A stretch of 64,000 nt of DNA from Veleropilina oligotropha (taxonomy: Eukaryota), in NCBI GenBank assembly GCA_048128005.1, contig JBEUKZ010000019.1, forward strand, positions 682,001 through 746,000. The letters are read 5' to 3'. The position numbers and the translations under genes were made by a program. Of this stretch, positions 1 to 10,824 are shown one piece after another. Every line of letters begins with the position of its first letter. The first letter of the stretch is position 1. The notes under the pieces were generated by a model. It saw only the letters and a program-made list of their open reading frames with translations. It did no database searches and was not told the origin of the DNA.

Positions 1-728
1 CATAAATAATTAAAGCATTCCTTCTTAAAACTAAATAATGTTGCTTGATTTCTGACAGAGAGTGGCAGAAAATTTGATTTTGGATGAGGTATAGATAGCA
101 TCATATTGGAGGCAGATCTTAAATTTAGGGAGTGTACATTTGATATAGGAACTAGAGAATCTTTTATGTAATCTGGAGCCAAACCATTTAAGCCTTTATA
201 TACTAGAATATGTTGGTGATATTCTATTCGTTGTTGAATAGGCAACCAGTTTAGCTGTTTAAACATTTCTAGTGAGGGAGTCATATAATCTGATTCCAGA
301 ATGATTCTAGCAGCCCGCTTCTGTAATTTATTTACTCTTTCTATATTGTACTGCGTGCATGTTCCCCAAACTGTCGAACAATAATCCATAAGAGGAAGTA
401 AATAAGCATTAAAATACAGTTTTCTGGCTTTAATCGGTAAATATTTCTTAATCCGGTTTAATAAAGATAAGCGAGATGATAATGTGGAACATAAATGATC
501 AATTTGATTTTCCCAGCATAGATTTTTATCAATATATATGCCAAGAAGTTTGCAATCTTCAACTGATTTTATATCCTCACTTTCTAAAGTCAGGTCTAAA
601 TTTTCAGTTAATGCTAGCTTTTGCTTAGACCCAATTACCATACAAGATGTTTTTAGCGCATTTAGTTTCATCTGATTTTCTTTACACCATTTGTTTACAT
701 TATTCAAATCTGATTGAAGATTTGTTTG
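1..728 (-). mobile_element. 5'-truncated CR1/L2-group LINE fragment (RT C-terminal region) in a METTL10 intron
   Basis: Minus-strand translation gives LQSDLNNVNKWCKENQMKLN..KT..MVIG, YFNAYLLPLMDYCSTVWG, KLQKRAARII, LNWLPIQQRI; resembles the ORF at 30003-30788. Confidence 0.85.
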
Positions 729-916
729 TATTGTATCTACAGTTTTGGCATGAGAATGGAGTGTTGTGTCATCTGCATAATGGGTGTATGAAGTTTCGTG
801 AAGCTAGCATGCATGGTTTTGGAGATATGCTCCGGACAAAGTCGAATGACAGACAGACGGAAGGACGGACGAACGGAACGCTATATACCCCCTACTTCGT
901 AGCACGGGGGTGTAAC
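729..916 (-). mobile_element. Fragment (5' end) of a Helentron-associated interspersed element (HINE/DINE-like)
   Basis: GACA/GACG microsatellite followed by hairpin ataccccctacttcgtagcacgggggtgt; same layout as 14631-15445 but inverted. Confidence 0.5.
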
Positions 917-929
917 TACAATATCTTAC

Positions 930-1037
930 TTCAAACGTGATATCAACGCACCCTTTCGTGGATGCGACCGATTCAGCAAGTCCAATGGCTCCACTGGAGT
1001 AGTCCACTCCGGTGAGGTTGGTGAAACCTCTTTTGTG
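930..1037 (-). CDS. EEF1AKMT2: EEF1A lysine methyltransferase 2 (METTL10), coding exon 4
   Basis: tttgtcttccag|HKRGFTNLTGVDYSSGAIGLAESVASTKGCVDITFE|gtaaga; 108 nt, phase 0; matches the GF.N.TG.DYS motif of METTL10. Confidence 0.9.
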
Positions 1038-1384
1038 CTGGAAGACAAAACGAAAATATATTGTATGATTTATCATAATGCATATTCTTCACGTGCATTA
1101 CTGGGTTATAAAATACCATAACTGTTTATTTCTTTATTGAATGTCTACGTTAACCCCGGCTGAATGGATTTGGATCGATGCTTAGCATCTCATATTTAAC
1201 CACCGTCAGGTTCACACCAGAACACATCCTTAATATCTCGGGAGGAAAATCCATTCACACTTGAAAACCCTACCAACACTGACCAGTTACGGACAACACT
1301 GACCAGTTACGGACAACTGTGATTGTTAACTGAACAATGAATGCCTAGGCGAGATTCGAACCCAGTTTTGTTAGAAAGAGTTAA

Positions 1385-1624
1385 ATGAGGTTTTAATGTA
1401 AACCTAATATTAGTATAAAACATACTTACGTCCTTACTCTTGCCATAATAGTATATTATCGCCCAAACCGGAAATGGTGAATATGTCCCATAATGCACCG
1501 TTAATAAGCCAAAAAAGCACACGGTTACCTCCCCTGCTCCTACCCACCACGTTCCCTAGCGAGACTTCGCCAAGTCTCGTGAGACTTCTGAACAATAGAA
1601 GTCACATGACATCAATTCAAAGTT
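1385..1624. repeat. DIRS 3' ITR with unique terminal extension (1385-1417)
   Basis: 1418-1624 reads as the exact reverse complement of 8626-8832. Confidence 0.95.
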
Positions 1625-1684
1625 CAAAAACCACAAAGGAACGTAGTAGAGGGGAGGAATGCGAAACGCAGGGTGGGTAATCGT

Positions 1685-1775
1685 GTAAGGACGTAAGTAT
1701 GTTTTATACTAATATTAGGTTTACATTAAAACCTCATATATAGTTACAAACATACTTACGTCCTTACTCTTGCCA
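1685..1775. repeat. DIRS internal complementary region (ICR)
   Basis: 1685-1737 is the reverse complement of 1385-1437; 1733-1775 is the reverse complement of 8805-8847; the halves overlap at CTCAT. Confidence 0.95.
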
Positions 1776-2607
1776 GAATAACCTTGGATAGGTGGGTAAG
1801 ACGTTCCTTACAACAAACCCAAACAAGATAATGACTTACTTTTCACCAATTCGATCAGCATGAAGCGTCGAGTGTGTCCGCCTAGAGTGGAATTTTTACT
1901 GAGTATTATATTCTACTCTTACCAGGCGAGAATTTCGACCAGTGTTACCGGGAGAATACGCCGTGGTGTTAGTCGGACGAGGTGAACGGAAGTGCAATCA
2001 GCCCCTGGCACGGCCGGAAGGATAAATCCCTGTAGGTCTTACGTGTCATGGACCAGTGGCAGCCAAATGGGACTCCGGGCCTATAGGCCGGTAGCCAGAG
2101 GATGCAGTCGGATTTGTAAGCACACGGAACCTAACAGGTTGTGAAAGCTTTAAAATCAAAAGCAAAGAATTAATAGATTATATAATAATCGATATTAATA
2201 AGTAGTTCGTATGACCAACTAGCGAACGCTAACATGGACGACATGTCACTTAAAATAAATTTTAAGGAAGCAAAAATGTTCGACATGTTACTTAAAATAA
2301 ATGTTAAGGAATCAACATTTTAAATGTATTGAACATCGTATGTTCGATTACAGCAAAGAACATAATAATATTGAACCCTAATCTTTTTAAGATTTGTGCA
2401 AAATTATCAAAGTTGTTTTATTAAATTCAATGTGATCTGGCTTATGTCAACACTCAGTCTGACATGAGAAGTACAAAATCTTAAATTAGATTTAAGAAAT
2501 GAACAGACATTGAACTGCCCCATAGGTGTTAATTACATAGCACCGTTTGGCCAACAAAAATAAAATGGCGTCAGTAAATATGCAAATGATCAATCAGAGA
2601 ACAATAC

Positions 2608-4575
2608 TTACTGATTAGAAGACCTCGGTCTAACAATAACCCTTTGTGCAGCAACACAGTGTAAACTGCTTAGGCCATCAGCCCCGGTTGAGTAGTCGCG
2701 CAGATAATGTTTGACAAACACGTTAGCGTTTTTCCAATATCCGGCCTGTAGTAACGCATTGATATTTAAATTATGTCGGAAGGCTACAGACGCTGCAATG
2801 GCCCGGACCTCATGTGCGCGCACCGATAAAATAGTTCGGTCTTCGTTGTCACAGCGGATGTATACATCTCTCACTGTCTGTGAAATCCACCGCGAAACAG
2901 TAGTCCTCGTAATGTCGCGGGTGTAGGTGGGCAAATACGATATGAATAAACGTAATTTTCCCTGTCGCAACTCACGGGTTCTGTCTAGGTAGAACCGAAG
3001 CGCCCGGACCGGGCAATTGAAGCGGTCTGCGTCGCGCCTTCCGACTAGCGTTAGCTTGGGAATAACAACATCGGGTGCGTCCTCGTTCGGCCGCTGGTTC
3101 TTGGCTAAGAAGCCCAGAATGGGACGCAGTATCACCGACCCGTCTGACTGGAATCGTATGTCTCTTAGCTCGGAGGAGAAAGCATGAATCTCGGAACAAT
3201 GCCTGCCCGACGCTAAGGCGATCAGAAAAACTGTTTTGTGCGTCAAGTTCCTCATGGTTATCTCGGACATCGGCTCATACGGGGGTAAGAGTAATGCGTT
3301 AAGAATAAGTACGACATTCCAGGCAGGTGGCTTAATTCTTCGGGTCGGTATCTCGAGTTCATAAGATCGTATAAAATCTGATATCGTTCGGTCGCTTGAT
3401 AGGCCAGCATGGGCACGACACTGCTTTAGCGTGGTCGCGATCGTTGCCCGATAGCCTTTGACGGCGGACACTGACATACCGCGGTCGAAGAGCGACGATA
3501 AAAACTCGATAAACTTGTTCACAGGGGGACGGAGTATATTGATCTGCCTGCTGTGACACCAATCCACGTACTTAACCCATCGGTAGTCATAGACTTTTGT
3601 AGTGGAAATCCTTCTCGATCGGTAGATACGTAAGGCTGTAGCTTTAGAAAATCCTTTCTTAGCAAGGGATCGTTCGATAACCGCCAGGCGTGTAAACGTA
3701 AGTGGTTCGGCGACTCGTGGAGTACACGGGTGCGTGGTTGCATTAACAGGTCTAGTTTCTGCGGTAACGCTAACGGTCGATCGACGATCAGATCGAGGAG
3801 GGTCGGAAACCAAGGTTGCGTGCGATAAAGGGGCGCTATTAGCGTTATCTCGCAACGTTCGGTCGCTGCCTTCTGTAATACCAGTGATAGAATGCACGTC
3901 GGGGGGAAGGCATACGCGGACAGATTCTCCCATGTCATTGACATTGCGTCGACCGCCAGGGCGGCCGGGTCTGGGTACGGGGAGACATACAGAGGTAGTC
4001 GGTAATTGAATTCTGTTGCAAACAAGTCGACTTGGGGTTGCGACCACCGGCGGCAAACATCCCGAGCTACTCGGCTGTGTAGCGTCCATTCTGTGTGTAT
4101 AATCTGTGATCTCCGAGAGAGCGAATCCGCTCTGACATTCAGCTTTCCCGGGATGTGTCGGGCTCGAATCGTCGAGTTGAGGGACATCACTAAGCGGTGT
4201 AGGTCTATTGCTCGGTCGCATAGGGGACGCGAGCGTGTACCGCCCTGGTGCTGTATGTAAGCGACGACAGTCGTGTTGTCCGTGGCGAGCATTATATGCT
4301 TGTTGCGGAGATGTGACGAGAGGGACCGTACTGACAGGTAGACGGCTTCTAACTCTAGGAAGTTGATATGTCGTCCCTGAAGGTCTGTCGGCCATAGGCC
4401 TGATGTCTCGTAACTGTCGAGGTGACCACCCCAGCCGTCGTTCGAAGCGTCTGTGAACAGGTAAGCGTTCGGCTCTGGTGGGGATATAGGAACCGACTGG
4501 TCCGGCAAAGCGGGGTTCAACCACACTGCTGTCGTGTCGGTAAACCAATGCCGTAGATCGATGCGATCCTTCCAC
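2608..4575 (-). CDS. DIRS tyrosine recombinase (recognisable domain about 3670-2608; the upstream part overlaps pol in another frame)
   Basis: SRRISTTKVYDYRW, LTHKTVFLIALASGRHCSEIHAF, CPVRALRFYL, AHEVRAIAAS, GYWKNANVFVKHYLRD. Confidence 0.92.
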   Translation of the reverse strand: MEGSHRSTALVYRHDSSVVEPRFAGPVGSYIPTRAERLPVHRRFERRLGWSPRQLRDIRPMADRPSGTTYQLPRVRSRLPVSTVPLVTSPQQAYNARHGQHDCRRLHTAPGRYTLASPMRPSNRPTPLSDVPQLDDSSPTHPGKAECQSGFALSEITDYTHRMDATQPSSSGCLPPVVATPSRLVCNRIQLPTTSVCLPVPRPGRPGGRRNVNDMGESVRVCLPPDVHSITGITEGSDRTLRDNANSAPLSHATLVSDPPRSDRRSTVSVTAETRPVNATTHPCTPRVAEPLTFTRLAVIERSLAKKGFSKATALRIYRSRRISTTKVYDYRWVKYVDWCHSRQINILRPPVNKFIEFLSSLFDRGMSVSAVKGYRATIATTLKQCRAHAGLSSDRTISDFIRSYELEIPTRRIKPPAWNVVLILNALLLPPYEPMSEITMRNLTHKTVFLIALASGRHCSEIHAFSSELRDIRFQSDGSVILRPILGFLAKNQRPNEDAPDVVIPKLTLVGRRDADRFNCPVRALRFYLDRTRELRQGKLRLFISYLPTYTRDITRTTVSRWISQTVRDVYIRCDNEDRTILSVRAHEVRAIAASVAFRHNLNINALLQAGYWKNANVFVKHYLRDYSTGADGLSSLHCVAAQRVIVRPRSSNQ

Positions 4576-5797
4576 TGCCCCGTCCGTTGTATCCAGCGAT
4601 CCCTGAAAGCCTGTTGTAACGGTCTTTTGTGCGACCCGTCGGTAGCAGGGGCGCTACCGACTCGATGTGCCCCAGGACAGTGGCCAGTTGTCGCGCCGTA
4701 GTTATGTCCGATGACAGGGTGTCTTGGATAACCGCGCGTAGGTTCCGCATACGCTTCTGGGTCGGCTTCGCGGTGTACCGGACCGTATCGAAGTCGACTC
4801 CGAGGAACGTAAACGTCGTCGAGGGCACGAAGCAGGATTTTGTCTCGTTGATCTGAAATCCCAGGCGCTTCGTCGATGACAGGGTAAAGCTCGTAGACCG
4901 GAGGCACAGATCTCGGGACGCCCCGAGGATCAGCCAGTCGTCGAGGTACATATGTACCCTGTGCCCTAGAGAGTGTAGGAAGGCCCCCAGGGCCTGTACT
5001 GTTCTCGTGAAGACGTACGGGGCTGACGATAGACCGAACGGTAGGCACCTGAATTGGTAGATCGTCTCCCCGTGTATAAACCGAAGGTACTGATGAGCCG
5101 TGATATGCATCGGGACATGCAGATACGCGTCGGCGAGATCGATAGACGCTGCCCAGTCGCCCGGACGGATGGCCGCTCGAATCTTCGAGAGGGTTTCTTG
5201 CTGGAATTTCTCGGTACGAAGATATAGGTTTAGGTACGAGAGATCGAGGATCGGTCTCCAGCGGCCATCGGGTTTCGGGACCAGGAAGAAATGGCTGTAA
5301 AATCCTGGTGTGCTGGGCGGCGCGGGATATATCGCTCTTTTTAGGAGCAAATCCCGCACTGCCTGGTCTAAGACCGCTTGTTTTTCTCCGTTTAGGAGGC
5401 GAGCGTGTCTTGTTGGTGGTGCCTCGGTTAAGGTCGGATGCCGGTTGAATGCCAACTTGTATCCGGCACTCACGACTAAGTGGACCCAGTTGCTGTCTGT
5501 CAGCTCTAGCCAGGGCTGGCTGTGTGCTAACAGGCACGCTCCCACCGGCGGGAGCGGGCAACTGGGGCCGTCGCGAATGCCGGCAGCCCTAGGGCCGAGG
5601 CTTCCCTCTCCCGCTCTGCTTGCGGGATTTCGTTGGAGGTGCTTGCCTCTTTGGAGTGGGTTTATTGGCCGGAGGCCTACCACCCGAAGAGGGCTTCGCA
5701 CGCTTAGAAGGCTTCGGGGCCGGGGTGGGCCCGGAGCGCTTCTTCGAGTTGGCAGGTGGACCCCGGGTGGGGAGCAGTACTGCCTTCTCGATGGCAC
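3519..5797 (-). pseudogene. DIRS pol (RT - RNase H - adenine-methyltransferase-like domain) split by one frameshift near 4630
   Basis: First frame: FYSHFFLVPKPDGRWRPILDL, IDLADAYLHV, LPFGLSSAP, YLDDWLI. Second frame after about 4630: LFTDASNDGWG, HINFLEL, DNTTVVAY, ADSLSR, VDLFAT, YAFPP. Confidence 0.92.
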
Positions 5798-7841
5798 GGT
5801 CCTTCATGTCCGCCGCTCTCTTGTCAACAAACTCCGTGAAGTTGTCACCAAAGAGAGTGGTGGCCGAGCAAGGTACGCATCGCAACGAGCGCCGGGTGGG
5901 CTCGTCCAGCGAGGTACCTTCCAGGCAAGCATCCCTACGAAGTAGGAGGGCATTGCCCAGGACACGTCCCGTCTCCAACGCGCTGGTCTCCTGCGCGGCA
6001 GCAACCTCCTGGAGGAAGGACAGGGCAGCCTCGGTGGCGCCGGGTCCATTCTCCTGTAGTACGGCTATCGCGCCGTCCAGGAAGAAGTCCTGAACAGACG
6101 ATAGCCGTAGAGCCCGTCGGGCGGCGCTCTCGAAAGCTTCCAAGGCGGACCAAGGAACTTTCGCTACGGAGGGAGTGTGACTGGCGGTCAGTCGACGCAA
6201 CGAAGCGTCAACACGAGCCGGCTCAGTCGCCAGGCACGGACCAGTGCATTCGAACGGGATCGCTCGAGTACTGGCCCGGAGGTACCTCCCACTACGGAAC
6301 CCCGAAGGGAACTCGTTCAGCGGGGAGGACTCCACCGGATTGCGCCCCTGAACGAGCTTGGTGATCGAGTCTACAACCAGATCTACCAGCCCGGACTGAG
6401 GTAAGGAGGGGAGCTCGGGGGCTTCCCTACTGACAAACCGATGTGCTGCCGTCCTATGCTTGGCTACGTCTACAGCCGACCGAGTCGGTTCCGACAAGCC
6501 AAGCACCCCGCGAAGTGACGCAACGGCGTCGAGCCTTCGGCGGGTGGAGGAGGTCGGCTCCTGCGTGCCTGTAAGACTAATGTCTTCGGGCCCGACCGAT
6601 TCAGGGAGGTCGGTGTGATTGGAACCGAGGTCCTCGTCGGAACGAGGGTCGATGTCCATCACTGAGGCAGGAGCCGTGCTCTGCGCCATGGGCAGATGTG
6701 TAGGTACCTGGTGCGGCTCGGGAGCCGTCGGCCAGGCCTTACACCGTTCCTCGATCCCCGCCGCGATCCATGCCTGGACGTTCTCAAAAGAGAAACCCGA
6801 AGGCAGGACGGGCGACGAACTAACAGCCGGTAGTTCTGTCGAGGTAACCGTGGCGCTAGGTAGACGGGCTGCATTGACAGGTCGAACCGAGGACCAGGGT
6901 CCACGGGCACTTGTCGAGGGGTCGAACCCGAAGGACTGGCCCGAAGGCACAGTCAGTGGGCCGGACGACCGATAGGACTGCGGCAACAGTTCTGATCGGT
7001 CTACCACTCTGCTCGAGCGAGGCACGGACGGAAAACCGCCGTAGAACCCCGTCCCGAACGCAGCCGGTCTGTCCACGTTCTCTAGCGTGACCACGGTGGG
7101 TGCACGGGAGAGACCGGGCCCTCTGAATGTCTCGTGAGCTTCGAGGTTGAGCGGAAAACCCCTAGGGGAAGTCGCATCGTTCTCGACCGAGGATTCAGGT
7201 TTCGCCGATTGTCCGAGTCTTAGACCTACAAGTAGGTGCCCGGCCTCTTTAAAGGCTTTCTCTGCATTGGGTCTGTCACCGTAGGAAGACGGTGAGTTTC
7301 CCGCAGAAGGACTAACTGTCCCCTTATTCTTCGAGGCCGAAGAAAAGGATGGGGATAGTCTGCCCTGTTCAGCTGTTCGCTGCGCTGTCATGTATACCTT
7401 GCTAGCCGGCAAGGTATGGCTGACTGCAGTTACTAGGCCCAGTTGTGGAGGATCGGTCGACACTCGGGTCTTTACCTGAATCTGGGGTACCGGCAAGGTT
7501 TCGGTGACTCCCCGAAGAGTCGCGGAGGTTTCGCCGGTGGATCCGGCGACAGACGTCCCCTTGTGTCGGCTGTCGTCCAGCGTCCCTGAAGCAGACAATG
7601 AAGAAACATTATGTTGTAACTTACCGGTCTCTTCATGACCCTTCTCCGGGGGAGGACCCACCGTGGCAGCCGCCCTGGTCGACTTACCCTGGTGAGACAG
7701 GACTGCCCACTGCTTATCTGATAGAAGAAAGCACAGATCACATTGATGTTGTATATTACAGCTACGGTGAATACGACATTCCTTGTGCCTATCAAATCCG
7801 TGAATTTTCTGGTTACACCCGGAGCTACTGCACCGGACCAT
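5589..7841 (-). CDS. DIRS gag-like ORF1 (about 750 aa from the ATG at 7841)
   Basis: N-terminal Cys/His cluster CSSSGC..DRHKEC..H..C....CDLC; C-terminal LLLRRDACL..LFG motif typical of DIRS ORF1; first ORF of the element. Confidence 0.85.
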   Translation of the reverse strand: MVRCSSSGCNQKIHGFDRHKECRIHRSCNIQHQCDLCFLLSDKQWAVLSHQGKSTRAAATVGPPPEKGHEETGKLQHNVSSLSASGTLDDSRHKGTSVAGSTGETSATLRGVTETLPVPQIQVKTRVSTDPPQLGLVTAVSHTLPASKVYMTAQRTAEQGRLSPSFSSASKNKGTVSPSAGNSPSSYGDRPNAEKAFKEAGHLLVGLRLGQSAKPESSVENDATSPRGFPLNLEAHETFRGPGLSRAPTVVTLENVDRPAAFGTGFYGGFPSVPRSSRVVDRSELLPQSYRSSGPLTVPSGQSFGFDPSTSARGPWSSVRPVNAARLPSATVTSTELPAVSSSPVLPSGFSFENVQAWIAAGIEERCKAWPTAPEPHQVPTHLPMAQSTAPASVMDIDPRSDEDLGSNHTDLPESVGPEDISLTGTQEPTSSTRRRLDAVASLRGVLGLSEPTRSAVDVAKHRTAAHRFVSREAPELPSLPQSGLVDLVVDSITKLVQGRNPVESSPLNEFPSGFRSGRYLRASTRAIPFECTGPCLATEPARVDASLRRLTASHTPSVAKVPWSALEAFESAARRALRLSSVQDFFLDGAIAVLQENGPGATEAALSFLQEVAAAQETSALETGRVLGNALLLRRDACLEGTSLDEPTRRSLRCVPCSATTLFGDNFTEFVDKRAADMKDRAIEKAVLLPTRGPPANSKKRSGPTPAPKPSKRAKPSSGGRPPANKPTPKRQAPPTKSRKQSGRGKPRP

Positions 7842-8625
7842 AGCTAAATACACGGGCGGGTGGACATGGGTAGACGGGGTAGGTAAATAGGTATATGTAT
7901 GGTAGTTGAGACTTCTTTCCTTGGAGGGAGTACTACGACAACTCACAGAATTGTCCTGATCTGAAGATTAGAGATCAAGCGATATACCGTTATTAGAACC
8001 CCGAACTGGGAACACCGAGGTCGGGTATTTTACCCGACCGACCCGGTAACCCGGCAAATTGACTAAAACAAAGGGGGGTTCTTTCCTCGAAAAAACCCGC
8101 CCAGAAAAACACCTGAAAACCTCGTGGATGTTTTAAGTTAGTACAATGGCGTATTATCCCAGCAACGGCAGGATATCAGAAAATTAACGCAAGCTTAATA
8201 TCAAAAGATCCTGCCTTTTTAACAACGCTAGAAAATTTTATATATATAATAAATAACCAGCAAATAGCGTTGTTAAGGAATTATCCAATATAATGAGTTA
8301 CCTGTTTGCAGTCTCAAACAATATCAGATAATTATACAGACCAGAAATTTCAGCTACCACTCGAAAATTTTCCCTCTAAGCGGCCATCTTTAATGGCCAC
8401 TGGCGTCCTTGACGACGATGTCTGTTTCCTTTGATGTCCAGAACTTCCTCGAAGTTTTGAGAATCACTCTTCTTATATTCACATGTGTTTTATATCCACA
8501 ACACTGTTGTATTCCACTACTTATATACTATATAAGTAGAAACTGCGCCCTGATTTAACGTGAAATCGGGCGCCTATATCGAAATATTTGCGGAGCAAAA
8601 ACAACGTCTTTCCGCGGCAGCGGAA

Positions 8626-8847
8626 AACTTTGAATTGATGTCATGTGACTTCTATTGTTCAGAAGTCTCACGAGACTTGGCGAAGTCTCGCTAGGGAACG
8701 TGGTGGGTAGGAGCAGGGGAGGTAACCGTGTGCTTTTTTGGCTTATTAACGGTGCATTATGGGACATATTCACCATTTCCGGTTTGGGCGATAATATACT
8801 ATTATGGCAAGAGTAAGGACGTAAGTATGTTTGTAACTATATATGAG
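8626..8847. repeat. DIRS 5' ITR
   Basis: Inverted copy of 1418-1624 plus terminal gtaactatatatgag. Confidence 0.95.
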
Positions 8848-9734
8848 TGAATATCAGAGTCTGCTCTCTCATACATCTCGGCTGGCTACCCATGCAGTCA
8901 CTGTTAGTGGTTAGATGCTCTCTCATACATGTACCCATGCAGTCATTGTTAGTGGTTAGAAAACTCCATTTCGATGTTCAGGTTAAACCAGCATCACAAG
9001 GAAGATTCACACATAATTAAAGATGCTGATTCCACTTCCATCCTGTGAAGTGGGATTAAACGCCAATTAATCTAGCTCATTTTTTAGGTATTCTTTACAT
9101 AAAGTTAAGCTGCTTTACAGATTATCATATCCAGAAATAAAATATTAGATATGGTAAATAAATGTTTAAAACGTAGATATTGAATAAAAGACGGATGCCT
9201 TTTATTCATGGCGATCATGCATTCATGTCGGTTTCTGCAAGTTTCGACCATATCGATAAATATATATATATTTTAACGAAAACAATACATTATCTGAACA
9301 TAAAGTTTCAACTAATGGCATGTACCATATTTTACAATTATTCGAAACACACATCACTATTATTATGATATTGTAACATTAAACAAATCGACAGGGGGGA
9401 AACCTAAACGACATTGGTGCAAATCCCCTCGATGCGAATTCACTTTGGCGCGGAACTTCCAGTTATATTTAATGGGTTGTAATGCAAGCGTTCACGCTAA
9501 AATTATGTCTATGACTGAAGCGATTATACAATAATTAAAATATGTTATGCTGCATTTTAATTTGTGAATCATCAAATGAGTAGGTGATAAATACACATAA
9601 TACACCATTTGTAAATTGCGTAACGATGCGGAATCAGTATCTTGAAGTGCGCTATCCGCATAGTAAATATTAGATTAGAGAACACAGAAGTACACTATAA
9701 TTAAAAAAATTTATCAAACAATTTAATCTCCTAC

Positions 9735-9852
9735 CAATTCAACGAGCATCATTCCATTACCACAGCCAATATCTAGAATGGACGCAGTCTTCTCGATCGC
9801 AAGATCATCTTCTACACAATGGATCACTCGATTTTGACTATTTTCTCCAAAC
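9735..9852 (-). CDS. EEF1AKMT2: METTL10 coding exon 3 (SAM-binding motif I)
   Basis: attttcag|G-FGENSQNRVIHCVEDDLAIEKTASILDIGCGNGMMLVEL|gtagga; phases join exons 2 and 4. Confidence 0.93.
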
Positions 9853-9905
9853 CTGAAAATGTTACATCTTATTTCAAAAGAATAATACTGTATTATGTCT
9901 ATTCA

Positions 9906-10202
9906 GCACCCCCCAGCATCTATAATCTAGTGATATGAGTGTTCCTGGCATATATGCCCATCAGACAATACATGTACTCGCACCCCCAGCATCTATAATC
10001 TAGTGATATGAGTGTTCCTGGCATATACGCCCATCAGACAATACATGTACTCGCACCCCCAGCTTCTATAATCTAGTGATATGAGTGTTCCTGGCATATA
10101 CGCCCATCAGACAATACATGTACTCGCACCCCCAGCTTCTATAATCTAGTGATATGAGTGTTCCTGGCATATACGCCCATCAGACAATACATGTACTCGC
10201 AC
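9906..10202. repeat. Tandem repeat, about 73-bp unit x4
   Basis: gcaccccc(c)agcwtctataatctagtgatatgagtgttcctggcatataygcccatcagacaatacatgtactc repeated. Confidence 0.95.
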
Positions 10203-10394
10203 AGAAAATGTTGACATGGAACAGATTGAACATCTTTCACTTAAATATCTACACCAGGTTTCATCATTGCATTGTTGCTCCGCTATTATTTACGAATGTA
10301 GCTCATTTGTTACCTGTACTTTATAATTTTCTTTGGTGGGTAACATTCATCATGACTTTATGGACAAGTTAGAAAATATAAAAGCTAAATGATC

Positions 10395-10824
10395 AGAGTA
10401 CACTGCGACCGATCAGGACATCAGATCATAAGAGTACACTGCGACCGATCAGGACATCAGATCATAAGAGTACACTGCGACTGATCAGGCCATCAGATCA
10501 TAAGAGTACACTGCGACCGATCAGGCCATCAGATCATAAGAGTACACTGCAACCGACCAGGACATCAGATCATAAGAGTACACTGCGACCGATCAGGACA
10601 TCAGATCATAAGAGTACACTGCGACCGATCAGGCCATCAGATCATAAGAGTACACTGCGACCGATCAGGACATCAGATCATAAGAGTACACTGCGACCGA
10701 TCAGGACATCAGATCATAAGAGTACACTGCGACCGATCAGGACATCAGATCATAAGAGTACACTGCGACCGATCAGGACATCAGATCATAAGAGTACACT
10801 GCGACCGATCAGGACATCAGATCA
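10395..10824 (+). repeat. 36-bp tandem repeat x12 derived from Penelope GIY-YIG coding sequence
   Basis: agagtacactgcgaccgatcaggacatcagatcata; the last copy runs in frame into NPNKIQILDRDT. Confidence 0.9.

Larger units (their letters stand above)
1385..8847 (-). mobile_element. Full-length DIRS1-type tyrosine-recombinase retrotransposon (7463 bp)
   Basis: 207-bp inverted terminal repeats, internal complementary region, gag, RT-RNaseH-MT and YR ORFs; ATGAG at both ends. Confidence 0.95.

Noticed and set aside
2608..7946. GC-rich block with a phage-integrase-like recombinase and a methyltransferase, suggesting bacterial or phage DNA
   Set aside because: ITRs, ICR and domain order are standard for DIRS1 retrotransposons
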